Shown piece after piece: positions 52,874 to 62,251 of a DNA stretch of 64,000 bases. The stretch comes from an uncultured delta proteobacterium (lineage in GTDB: Bacteria > Myxococcota_A > Polyangia > Polyangiales > Houyiibacteriaceae), in the NCBI GenBank assembly GCA_963699755.1, contig CAVOVB010000001.1, positions 1,856,001 to 1,920,000 on the forward strand. Reading direction: 5' to 3'. The first letter of the stretch is position 1. Each line of letters begins with the position of its first letter. Under the pieces are notes generated by a model that saw only the letters and a list, made by a program, of their open reading frames with translations, was not told the DNA's origin and did not search any database. A program made the position numbers and the translations under genes.

Positions 52874-54964
52874 ATGAGATACGATGGCCTGGTGGCTTTG
52901 GAACGTTGGTGGGGCGCTGCGTCGATCCTTCTCGCTCTTCTCACGGTTTTGGTTTTCATCCCGGGGCTCAGCGATGAGTTCACCTGGGATGACAACGGCC
53001 TGATCCGTACGAACGAGAACATTCAGAGTCCCGAGCGCTATCGCGAAGCTCTGACCAGTCACTTCTGGAACGTTTCGAGCGACGCCACGCAAGCCAACGA
53101 GACCTACAATCACCTCTACAGGCCGATCGTCACGTTCGCGTACATCGCTCAGTTCCGCCTGTTCGGTCTGCACGCCGCCGGGTATCGTGCGGTCAGTCTG
53201 ACGCTTCACTTACTTTGCTGCGTCCTCGCGTTTTTCTGGCTGCGGCGACGCATCCCGCCCGGCGAAGAGGCCCATCGCTTGCTTGCCGTTGGCCTCGGCG
53301 CCGCCGTTTTCGCGCTTCATCCAAGCCGCGCCGAGGCGGTTTCGTGGATATCGGGAAGCACCGAGCTCTGGATGTGCGCGCTGGTCCTCTTGGCCGCCCT
53401 CGCGTTTGACTCGCGCCGCAGTTGGCTCGCCGGGATTCTGCTCGCCCTGGCGCTGTTCGCAAAGGAATCGGCGATCGTCGGGGCACCCTTGCTCTTGGCC
53501 GATCGATTCTTGCTGCAGGGACGTCGCGAGCGCTCGGCATCGATCGCACTCATCGCGCCTGTGGTCGTCGCGCTGCTCGCCCGCGTTTGGATCATCGACG
53601 TCGCGCTTCCAAGCGGGCCGACCCGCGGCGCGCTACCGAGGGCTCTGGCGTCGTTTGGTTTGTACGCGCAGCAGATCTTCTCGCCTTGGAATCCGACTGC
53701 CTTCCCTGGAATGCGTCTCTACGAATGCGAGGGCGGCGAGGTCCTGCCGGCCGTGTGGTGGATCGGGGGGACCGTAGTCCTCGCTGTGGTGATCCTGCTT
53801 GGCGTCGTCGCGTACCGCAGGCATGCATGGCGCCCGGTGTTCGCCGACGCACTATGGGTGGTCGTTCCGCTGCTGCCGGTGGCGAACCTGATCGACCTCG
53901 GCAGCCGAAATCTCACGGCGGACCGTTTTCTCTACCTTCCGATGCTCGGGGTCGCGTCGCTTTTCGCTCGCGGGCTCCTGATGATGTTCCGGAAGCGCGC
54001 AACGCTCGGGAAGACGGTCGCTATCGTTGCTTCTGTGGTGGTCTTGGGTTTTGCAGTCGTGACGTCACTTCATTCGCGAGTCTTCGCCTCGTCGTCTTCG
54101 CTTTGGGAATACGAGGTGACGCGGAACCCGGACAACCCGTTCGCCCTGCATGCCGTTGGCACTGCGCGAACCCGCGCCGGCCTCCAAAAAAGCGGATTCG
54201 AGTACCTCGAGCAAGCGCAAGCGCTGGCGGCCCGCAGCTGTGTACGCGACGATCAGCTGCGGGCTACCAAAGATCTCGCCTGGGCCCTTGCGTTTCGGAC
54301 GAGCCCGGATGAACAAGGCACCTTGCTCGCACTGCAGAGCGCGTATGCTCAGATGGCCCGCGATGGTGCGTTCGCGTATCGCGGAAGCCCGCCCTGGCTG
54401 ATGCAGCTCACACCGCAGGAATCCGGCGACTTTCTAAATGACGACTTTCAATATGCCCTTCCGTGCGCCACTGTAGAAGCGCGCCTCGGCAACATCGACG
54501 CCGCCATGCAGATCCTGCAGGACCAGGCCATTGGCTCCGTTTCGCTGCACCCCCTGTCCGAGAACCTTCGGCTCCGATTGGTCGCGGCGCAGGGGCGTAT
54601 CGCGCAGTCGCTGCGCGAGTTGGCTCAGGACCCATCCGTCGCGGACGCCGGCAAGCTAGGCGCCGTGCTCGAAACGCTGCGCGAAACGCTTTCGCGGACG
54701 AGTCTCCCAAGTGACGCCAAAACGCGGCTGGCCCGATATGCCCTCGGGTTTGGTGAAACGCCCAACGACCTTGCCGCACTGCCTCCCGAGCTCCGAACGG
54801 TCTTGGATGCCCTTCGCGCATACGAATCCAACGCCCCCGTCGACCTCGCAACGCTCGAGCAGCAGAGCGCCAACTCCGGAGAACTTCCACGCTTCATCGA
54901 GCTTGCAAAAGCCAAGGAAGGCGTCCGGAGCTTCGACGACCAGCTTCGCAGCTTCGACCAATAG
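52874..54964 (+). CDS. TMTC-like GT-C membrane glycosyltransferase with helical/TPR-like C-terminus
   Basis: FTWDD, YRP, LHPSRAEAVSWISG, KESA and ADRFLYLP. Confidence 0.75.
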   Translation: MRYDGLVALERWWGAASILLALLTVLVFIPGLSDEFTWDDNGLIRTNENIQSPERYREALTSHFWNVSSDATQANETYNHLYRPIVTFAYIAQFRLFGLHAAGYRAVSLTLHLLCCVLAFFWLRRRIPPGEEAHRLLAVGLGAAVFALHPSRAEAVSWISGSTELWMCALVLLAALAFDSRRSWLAGILLALALFAKESAIVGAPLLLADRFLLQGRRERSASIALIAPVVVALLARVWIIDVALPSGPTRGALPRALASFGLYAQQIFSPWNPTAFPGMRLYECEGGEVLPAVWWIGGTVVLAVVILLGVVAYRRHAWRPVFADALWVVVPLLPVANLIDLGSRNLTADRFLYLPMLGVASLFARGLLMMFRKRATLGKTVAIVASVVVLGFAVVTSLHSRVFASSSSLWEYEVTRNPDNPFALHAVGTARTRAGLQKSGFEYLEQAQALAARSCVRDDQLRATKDLAWALAFRTSPDEQGTLLALQSAYAQMARDGAFAYRGSPPWLMQLTPQESGDFLNDDFQYALPCATVEARLGNIDAAMQILQDQAIGSVSLHPLSENLRLRLVAAQGRIAQSLRELAQDPSVADAGKLGAVLETLRETLSRTSLPSDAKTRLARYALGFGETPNDLAALPPELRTVLDALRAYESNAPVDLATLEQQSANSGELPRFIELAKAKEGVRSFDDQLRSFDQ

Positions 54965-54971
54965 CGCCGGC

Positions 54972-55022
54972 AAAACCCGAGGGCCGCGAGATCCGCGTCA
55001 GGGAAGGCCCTCGATGTTTTTC
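54972..55022 (+). terminator. Possible intrinsic terminator between convergent genes
   Basis: AAAAC-C-CGAGGGCC...GGCCCTCG-ATGTTTTT; the loop is long. Confidence 0.45.
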
Positions 55023-55031
55023 TGTCGCCCG

Positions 55032-55919
55032 TCAGGAAGCCGCTGCGAGCCGACTTAGGCCCCCTTCGACGGGGGCATCGAAGTGCACATCGAGCTGTGG
55101 GAACGCGATGACGACGCCTTCTCGCTTCAGCGCCAACCAGATCTCCTCGTTGAGCTGGGACAGCCGACGGCGGGCGAGCCAGGGATCGTCCATCCAGATC
55201 GCGACCTCGAAGTCCACCGAGCTGTTGCCGAAGCGCAGCATGAGTACCTGTGGTTCGTATCGGGGGACGCCTGTGCTGTTGCGCTTCGCAACTCCTTCGA
55301 GGGTCTCGCGAACGAGCCGCATATCGGAGCCATAGGTCACCCCAACCTCAGTACGGACTCGATAGGCAGCATCGTCGAGTGTGAAGTTCCTGACCAGGGA
55401 TTGCACGAGCATCGAGTTCGGCACGATCACGTCTTCTCCGTCCCGGGATCTGGCGATGGTCGCGCGGATTCCCAGGCGCAGTACCCGGACGATCCGACCG
55501 TCGACCTCGAGCACATCCCCCGGCGTAATCGCCCGTTCCACTAGAAGAATGATGCCCGAAACGAAGTTCTGCGCGATGTTCTGCATCGCAAAGCCGATAC
55601 CGACCGCGAAGATGGCGCCTGCGGCAAACAAGGTGCTCAGGTCGAAGCCAACCAGGCGAAGGGCAATGCCGAACCCGACGAACAGGGCCACGTAGTGCAG
55701 GAGCTTGTTGGTGACGTCGATGACACCCTCGTCGACGACACCTCGCCGGGTCATTCCGCGCCGGACCCCGCGCTGAGCCAGAGAGGAGATCCCGAAAGTC
55801 AGTCCGATGACCAAGCCCGCGACTAGCAGCGTGCCCAATTTGACATGCCTGCCCCCGATCTCAAAAAGCTCGGTACTCAGTAGCGAGCTCAGATTTTCGA
55901 TGATCTGCTTCAAACTCAT
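55032..55919 (-). CDS. MscS-family mechanosensitive channel
   Basis: GIGFAMQNIAQNFVSG, VPNS, VGVTYGSD and IAFPQLDVH. Confidence 0.93.
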   Translation of the reverse strand: MSLKQIIENLSSLLSTELFEIGGRHVKLGTLLVAGLVIGLTFGISSLAQRGVRRGMTRRGVVDEGVIDVTNKLLHYVALFVGFGIALRLVGFDLSTLFAAGAIFAVGIGFAMQNIAQNFVSGIILLVERAITPGDVLEVDGRIVRVLRLGIRATIARSRDGEDVIVPNSMLVQSLVRNFTLDDAAYRVRTEVGVTYGSDMRLVRETLEGVAKRNSTGVPRYEPQVLMLRFGNSSVDFEVAIWMDDPWLARRRLSQLNEEIWLALKREGVVIAFPQLDVHFDAPVEGGLSRLAAAS

Positions 55920-56088
55920 GTGCCCTCCAATTCAAACGAGCGCTTGGAGCGCCCCCGGTTTCTCGTCCGTCACCAAAAACCAATCAGACCCTGAACGTCA
56001 CTGCGCTCAGCAACCTGCTGGGCGAGTCCAAGATGCCTCGCATTCTCCAGCAGGTCACGCTAATCTCTCTTCAGCCGAGGAGGCATCA

Positions 56089-56523
56089 ATGGTTGCAGAC
56101 GAGACTCTGGCGTACGCCATCGCGAGTTGGGTTCGTTTCAACGAGGAGGTCCCGGATGTTCTGCTGAGTGCCCTTTCCGGAGCGTTTGCATTGGTGGCTG
56201 CTTCGGACGGCGAGCTCGCGAGGTCCGAGGTCGACGGGTTCGTCGAGATGCTCCGGGGTAAGACAGATGTATTTTCCGGTCTGGACTTCGAGGCGCTCGA
56301 AAGCACCTTTCGGGACCTGAGCGACTCCTTGATCGCAAACCCTGACGACGGCCGCCAACGCGCCCTCGATTGCATCGCTCGCGTGGCCGGCGACGAGGTC
56401 AAAAGCGAGCTGGTCCGAGGCGCGGCAGCCATCGCTGTCGCTGCGGACGGTCGGGTACGGGCCGCCGAGGAAACCACCTTGCGAGAGATCTCCACGGCCC
56501 TGGGTCTAACGGACGCCGACTGA
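56089..56523 (+). CDS. TerB-family protein
   Basis: LVAASDGELARSE and VAADGRVRAAEE...ALGL; SD GAGGAGG. Confidence 0.8.
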   Translation: MVADETLAYAIASWVRFNEEVPDVLLSALSGAFALVAASDGELARSEVDGFVEMLRGKTDVFSGLDFEALESTFRDLSDSLIANPDDGRQRALDCIARVAGDEVKSELVRGAAAIAVAADGRVRAAEETTLREISTALGLTDAD

Positions 56524-56549
56524 CGTTTGCCGCCATTGCCCATCACGCG

Positions 56550-57770
56550 CTACCCCCCGCCAGCCGCGGGGGGATCTTGTTCCGGCTCAGCCCCATGGTT
56601 GGCTTCATGACCGTCGTCACCAAGCCAGCCCTTGGAACGAAAAAACAACACGAGCCCGATCGCGGTGAGCCCCATCGCGCCGAGGGCGAAGAGATAGCCG
56701 TAGCGCCATCGGAGCTCCGGCATGTTCCAGCGTGAAAGGTCACCGTCGAAGTTCATTCCATAGAGCCCCGCGATGAAGCCAAGCGGCATGAAGATCGTCG
56801 CGATGATGGTCAAGACCTTCATGACCTCGTTCATTCGCATGCTCACGTTGGACAGATGCATGTCCATGAGGCTCGAGGCGAGCTCTCGGTTCGTGTCGAG
56901 AGCCTCCATCAGCTGGACGGTGTGATCGTGACAGTCTCGGAGGAAGATGTGCGTATCGCCTTGGGGATCGCTGGCGTCTGCCCGGGCCATGGAGGCCAGG
57001 ACCTCTCGGGTTGGGGCGACCGCGCGACGCAGGGCACGCAAATCATGACGAACGGCGTGAATCTCGGCGACGACATTCTCGGTCTGGTTTGCCAGCACTC
57101 GGCTTTCAATTTCTTCCAGCCGGTCGGAATAGCTCTCTACGACCGGGTAGAAGGTCTCGACGATCGCATCGAGCACAGCATAGGCGAGGTAGGCTCCCCC
57201 GCGTTGGCGGATTCTCCCCTTCCCATTCCTGATTCGGTCGCGGAGGGCGTCGAAGCAATCACCCGGCCGCTCTTGAATGGTGATCACGAAGCGATCGCTA
57301 ACGAACATGCTCACTTGCTCGAGATCGAGGTGTGGGCCCAGCGACGGCATGCGAAGCACGATGAAATCGATGTCGCCGTAGTCCTCGAACTTGGGCCTTT
57401 GATGGAGGTTCACCACGTCTTCCAACGCGAGCGCATGAAGGCCAAACATCTCGCCGAGCTGAGACAAGGTGTCAGGGTCGCCGAGGCCATCGATGTTGAT
57501 CCAACTGACGCTTGTGCGCCTGTCGTGAAGCGATTTCAGATCGGAAACGTGCTCAATCGGGCGCTCCTCGACCCGATCTGCGTCGTAGGAGATGGCGCGA
57601 ATGACGGCAGGCGGCGCGCCCGGGACGGCGGTGATGCTCCCCGGCGCCAAGCCGAGCGTCTGGGGTCGCCGCCTGCGCAAAGCGGTGCGCTTTCGCTTTC
57701 GATGTACCTTCTTGGCGATGGGGGTCTCCTTGCGTTCCGCGGGGTCATCTGACGTCGCCATCTTTGCCAT
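56550..57770 (-). CDS. corA: CorA Mg2+/Co2+ transporter
   Basis: LHALALEDV, QRPK, MNEVMKVLT, YGMNF and MPEL. Confidence 0.95.
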   Translation of the reverse strand: MAKMATSDDPAERKETPIAKKVHRKRKRTALRRRRPQTLGLAPGSITAVPGAPPAVIRAISYDADRVEERPIEHVSDLKSLHDRRTSVSWINIDGLGDPDTLSQLGEMFGLHALALEDVVNLHQRPKFEDYGDIDFIVLRMPSLGPHLDLEQVSMFVSDRFVITIQERPGDCFDALRDRIRNGKGRIRQRGGAYLAYAVLDAIVETFYPVVESYSDRLEEIESRVLANQTENVVAEIHAVRHDLRALRRAVAPTREVLASMARADASDPQGDTHIFLRDCHDHTVQLMEALDTNRELASSLMDMHLSNVSMRMNEVMKVLTIIATIFMPLGFIAGLYGMNFDGDLSRWNMPELRWRYGYLFALGAMGLTAIGLVLFFRSKGWLGDDGHEANHGAEPEQDPPAAGGG

Positions 57771-57862
57771 GTCAAGCTCGTCTCATTGCTTTCGCCCCTC
57801 GCTCTGGAAGGAATCATCTGCTACTCCCCGCTCGGGGTCTGTCTATACTTGCGCCGAATCGG

Positions 57863-60800
57863 ATGCCGATGACCAATTCCAGCGATCGTCTGTGGCTCAT
57901 GCTGACGCTGGTCGGTTGCTGCTGGGCCTCCTCTGCCGACGCCCAAGCACCTGCTGCAAAGGGGGTGGGCGGGGATGCTGGGGTCCCGACTGTTTCGCTC
58001 GAAGTCCAGGACGCCAAGGCTCCAAGTATCCGGGAGCTACGGGACCAGACGAAGCAGATCCGACAACTCATGGTTGGGCGCTTGGATATCGCGGTCGACC
58101 CGCAGACGCTCTTCATGGTCGACCTCGGCGCTCCGAAGGCCAATCCAGATCTCGAGCTGCTTCTACGAGAGCTCGAGCAAGACGCCAAGCAAGGTGGGCG
58201 TCCATCCGGCCGCAAGCGCCTTCGCCAAACGCCGGGCTCAGAGGACGCGTTGGAAAAGGCGCATCGTGAGCTGGTACAAGCACAGGCGTCGTTTCTCGCT
58301 CTGCCGCCTTTGAAGCGTGACGCGATTCTTTCCAGGCACGAAGCCCGACGCCGGGAGGCTTTTGCCCGGGCCATCTCGGCCCAGGCAAAGGCCGAGATGC
58401 TCGCGCAGCTCGAGGAGCAAATCGCGCAGTTGGACGCGTTTCTCGCTGGAGACTTGGACCCTTCGATCGATCCACGACCACTTCTGGAAATCGACCCGGC
58501 CGAGCTAGCCGACCTGGCGGCAGACTCCGAACGGCGCCGCCGGTTTCTAGACCAGAGCTCGAGGGGGCCCATACCCGCCGCCGCCAAAGACGACCTGGAC
58601 GGGCAATTGAACGCTGCGAAGCAGCGGCGCGATATGCTCTGGCTTCGATTTCTCGAGCTCGACGACGCCGAGCGTGGGCGCCTGCTGTCAAAGTATGCGC
58701 AAAGCAGCGTTGAACCGTCCGAAGCGCTGGCCGAGCAGATCAGTGGTGCCGAGCAAGCCGCCAAGGACGCTGCTTCGGAACGTGCGGTCGCGCTCGTCGA
58801 CTCACAGGAGGCCAAGACCGAGTCGCGCCGACTGATCGCAGATCGGCGCGCTCAGCTCTTGAGCGTCAAGGAGGCTCAAGCCCGCTTCAAAGCGGAGCTT
58901 GCGAACAGCCGGGTCAAGGTCGAGGCCACGACCGAATCCGCGCTCGCATGGAACCGGCGAGTTCGAGAGTTGCAAAGCACGATGCCGGCCGGGGAGGCCA
59001 GGGCGAGCGAAGCCGACAACCTCTACCGGGGGCTCACCAAAGATCTCAGCGGCGCGCGCGACGATTTGAGTAGCGCGCTCGATGCCGTGAGATCCGAACC
59101 GAGTGGAGTCGCTCTGCCTCCCAATGCGGATTCCGATCAGCTTCCTGCCGACATCGACGACACTGCTACACGCCAGCTCCGAACCGAGCTGGGCAAGTCT
59201 GCTGTCGAGCTCCAAGCCGAGGAAGCCGAGCTCAGATGGGATCGCGCGAAAGCGCTTCGCGATGCGATCGTGATCATGAATCAAGCTCGCCTTCGCCTCT
59301 TTGAGATGCTCAGCGAGACTCGGCGGGACAGTCTCGAGGGCTTCGGGCCCGACGGCGTCGCCCAGGTCAAGCGCGAGCTCGACCAGATCATCCTCGAGGT
59401 CCGCTTCCACTTGCTCGCTGTGCCGCGGGAGGCAGCCCGTCAGTATCGGCAGCTTCGATCCGCGCCCGGGCCGGTGGTCTTCAGCCTGTTCCAGCTGTTG
59501 TTCCTGGTGCTTGTCTTTCGCTGGTGGCGAAGGCGTGCCGACGACACGCTCGAGCAATCGCGGCGGGCTTGGCTTCAGAAGCGGCCCCAGACTCATTTCA
59601 CCCGTGGGATTTCCACCTTCGTTTGGTACGTGCGTCGAATCCGAAAGTCACTGGAGTGGCTGGCGTTTTTCGCGGTCTTGTCGATCTTGATCGCGAAAGC
59701 GGGCCGACTGCCCGAGACGAAGTATGTCCAGATCGTCATTCTGTGGCTGTTGGCCGGCAGGTTCGTCGTCGAGCTGATCGACGCGACAGCCAGTCGTCAG
59801 GGTTTCTCGAGCGAGTCGTCCGCCAAGCTGCGCTTTCGCTCGCTGCGCCTGGTCGGCGTGAGCGTCGTTGCAGTGGGGTTGATACTTTCGCTAACCGTCG
59901 CCACCGTCGGCAAGGGCGCCATCTATGCTTGGGTCATCAGTTCGTTTGGCTTTCTCGCCATTCCAGTCTTCCTGGTGCTGATCGTCTGGTGGAAGGACAC
60001 CATCTTCGAGCGCGCGAAAGGCCGTGAGACGTCTCGCCTGTTGCAGTGGGTCGCGCGGCACGACCATGGGCTGCTCACCTTTCCAGCTGCAGCGATTGGT
60101 GGCGTGTATCTTCTCATCGAAGGAGTCGCCGGGTTTGTCGTTCGCCGAGTGAGCGACCTCGCGCCACTCCGTCGGGTCTTCGCCTACTTGTTTCGACGTG
60201 GCGTCGAGAAAAACAAGACGGCTACGCCAGCGGAGTACGGCACCGAGCCGATTCCCGCTGAGGTCTACGAGGCCTTGGCACCCCGTCCTCAGACTCCACC
60301 CGAGCTTCTCACTTCGTACATGTCCGAGAGCGTTCATGCGATGCGCGCGCTCGTTCGGTCGGACCGCCACGCCATCGTCGCGGTGGTCGGGGAACGCGGG
60401 CTCGGGAAAACCACGTTCCTCAACCGCGTCACGAACGACCTCGAACCAGGTGGCCTCTGTGCGGTGCAATGCCAACCCGGTGGCTTCGCCGCGCTCTTGG
60501 TCGAGTTTGCGCGTGCCCTCGGCCTGTCGGAGACGGCGACCGAGGAAGACGTCATCGCGTCCTTAGGTGAGCGGGCTCCCAGTGTGATTCGCGTCGATGA
60601 CGCGCAGAGGCTCGTTCGGCCGCTCATCGGTGGCTTGGAAGCGATCGACCAGCTCATCCAGCTCACGCGCCGCGTGAGCCCGCAGACCTCATGGCTGATC
60701 GCCATTGGAATGCCGGCCTGGCAGTACCTTCGGCGAGCGCGCGGAGACCGTGCGGCGTTCGACCAAGTCATCGAGCTCCAACGTTGGGAAGAGAATCAAG

Positions 60801-61297
60801 TCGCGTCGCTCATCGAGCAGCGCAGCGCGGCCGCAGGGGTCGTGGCAAGCTTCGAGCGCTTGGTGGTGCCACGCCAGGTCAGAACCTCCCCCGTTTCTGA
60901 CGAAGAGCGCACCAAGCGGGACTTCTACCGCATTCTCTGGGACTACTCAGACGGCAATCCAGAGGTGGCTCTGCACTTTTGGAGAGAGTCGCTCTATCGG
61001 CGCCCCGACGATGAGACGGTGTACGTTCGGCTCTTCTCGGGGCCGTCGGCGAGTCAACTGGACGATTTGCCCGTGACCTTCTACTTCGTGTTGCGCACAG
61101 TCGTTCAGTTGGAGCTGGCCGTCGAAGAAGATGTGGTGACCTGTACAGACCTGAGCTCGGCGGAAGTTGCAGACGCCCTCCGTGCCGCCCGCGTCCACGG
61201 CTACATCAAGGGGAATGGACATCTTTTCGAGATCGACCTTCAATGGTATCGCGCGATCATCAGTATCCTTCGCAGAAAGCATCTGTTGCTGCTCTGA
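57863..61297 (+). CDS. Large membrane-anchored P-loop NTPase (signal peptide, coiled-coil region, about 6 TM helices, AAA/STAND-like domain)
   Basis: Signal peptide ending ADA-Q, about 530 aa helical region, TM block, Walker A GERGLGKTT, Walker B VIRVDD, SDGNP and a winged-helix-like tail. Confidence 0.8.
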   Translation: MPMTNSSDRLWLMLTLVGCCWASSADAQAPAAKGVGGDAGVPTVSLEVQDAKAPSIRELRDQTKQIRQLMVGRLDIAVDPQTLFMVDLGAPKANPDLELLLRELEQDAKQGGRPSGRKRLRQTPGSEDALEKAHRELVQAQASFLALPPLKRDAILSRHEARRREAFARAISAQAKAEMLAQLEEQIAQLDAFLAGDLDPSIDPRPLLEIDPAELADLAADSERRRRFLDQSSRGPIPAAAKDDLDGQLNAAKQRRDMLWLRFLELDDAERGRLLSKYAQSSVEPSEALAEQISGAEQAAKDAASERAVALVDSQEAKTESRRLIADRRAQLLSVKEAQARFKAELANSRVKVEATTESALAWNRRVRELQSTMPAGEARASEADNLYRGLTKDLSGARDDLSSALDAVRSEPSGVALPPNADSDQLPADIDDTATRQLRTELGKSAVELQAEEAELRWDRAKALRDAIVIMNQARLRLFEMLSETRRDSLEGFGPDGVAQVKRELDQIILEVRFHLLAVPREAARQYRQLRSAPGPVVFSLFQLLFLVLVFRWWRRRADDTLEQSRRAWLQKRPQTHFTRGISTFVWYVRRIRKSLEWLAFFAVLSILIAKAGRLPETKYVQIVILWLLAGRFVVELIDATASRQGFSSESSAKLRFRSLRLVGVSVVAVGLILSLTVATVGKGAIYAWVISSFGFLAIPVFLVLIVWWKDTIFERAKGRETSRLLQWVARHDHGLLTFPAAAIGGVYLLIEGVAGFVVRRVSDLAPLRRVFAYLFRRGVEKNKTATPAEYGTEPIPAEVYEALAPRPQTPPELLTSYMSESVHAMRALVRSDRHAIVAVVGERGLGKTTFLNRVTNDLEPGGLCAVQCQPGGFAALLVEFARALGLSETATEEDVIASLGERAPSVIRVDDAQRLVRPLIGGLEAIDQLIQLTRRVSPQTSWLIAIGMPAWQYLRRARGDRAAFDQVIELQRWEENQVASLIEQRSAAAGVVASFERLVVPRQVRTSPVSDEERTKRDFYRILWDYSDGNPEVALHFWRESLYRRPDDETVYVRLFSGPSASQLDDLPVTFYFVLRTVVQLELAVEEDVVTCTDLSSAEVADALRAARVHGYIKGNGHLFEIDLQWYRAIISILRRKHLLLL

Positions 61298-61307
61298 GGT
61301 ATTCGGC

Positions 61308-62234
61308 ATGAAAATACGCAAACCAATCATCGTCTCTGCCGCGATCCTCGCCCAGTGGTTCGCCCCGGCGTTGGCTCTCGCGCAGGAGCCGAGCGACGAG
61401 GAAGTGATTTCGCACATCAGCCAAGCCATTCGCTGGGGCGGAGTCGTCACATCTATCTTCATCATCATCGGAGTTTGGGTTGGACTTCGTTTTTTCAACA
61501 ACTTCGTCGAAAATCTAGGAGACCAGTTCACAGCTCGCCGAATGCTCTTTCAGAAGGTCGGCACGATCGTCCAGTTCTTCGTCTACATCGGAACCATCGG
61601 CACGGTCATCGCGCTGAGTGTTCACTTCGATGCCAAGGTCCTCACCTTGCTGGGTGGCACCGCGGCCGTCGCCGTGGGCTTCGCCGTTCGGGATCTCGTC
61701 GCTTCGTTCATCGCAGGCATCATGATCATGATCGACCAACCGTTCCAGGTCGGCGACCGGGTCGCGTTTGGTGGCGAGTACGGAGACATCACCGCGATCG
61801 GCCTTCGATCGGTGCGGCTCCAGACATTGAATGACAACACCGTGACCATCCCCAACAACAAGTTCCTGACCGACATGACCTCATGTGGGAACTACGGCGC
61901 CCTCGACATGCAGGTCGTCATGGACTTCTTCATTGGGCTCGACCAAGACGTGACCAAGGCGCGCGAGATCGTGACCGAGGCCGGGCTCACCAGCCGCTAT
62001 GTCCATCTTCCCAAGCCCGTCGTCGTGCTCGTCAACCAGGTCATCCAAGACAACTACGTCGCGGTGCGGCTCCAGCTCAAGGCTTATGTGCTCGATACGC
62101 AATACGAAAAGGCGTTCGAGACCGACGTGAACCTCAGGGTCATGCGTGCGTTCGAGCAGCACCGCATCGCCCCGCCTGCGATCCTCCACCGAACGATCTC
62201 CGCAGGCCCCGGCATGGCGCCGGTGCCGGCCTGA
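61308..62234 (+). CDS. MscS-family channel with N-terminal signal peptide
   Basis: ALA-Q signal, GFAVRDLVASFIAG, PFQVGDRV, IGLRS and IPNN; starts 10 nt after the NTPase stop. Confidence 0.9.
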   Translation: MKIRKPIIVSAAILAQWFAPALALAQEPSDEEVISHISQAIRWGGVVTSIFIIIGVWVGLRFFNNFVENLGDQFTARRMLFQKVGTIVQFFVYIGTIGTVIALSVHFDAKVLTLLGGTAAVAVGFAVRDLVASFIAGIMIMIDQPFQVGDRVAFGGEYGDITAIGLRSVRLQTLNDNTVTIPNNKFLTDMTSCGNYGALDMQVVMDFFIGLDQDVTKAREIVTEAGLTSRYVHLPKPVVVLVNQVIQDNYVAVRLQLKAYVLDTQYEKAFETDVNLRVMRAFEQHRIAPPAILHRTISAGPGMAPVPA

Positions 62235-62251
62235 AGGTCGATTCACCCCCC

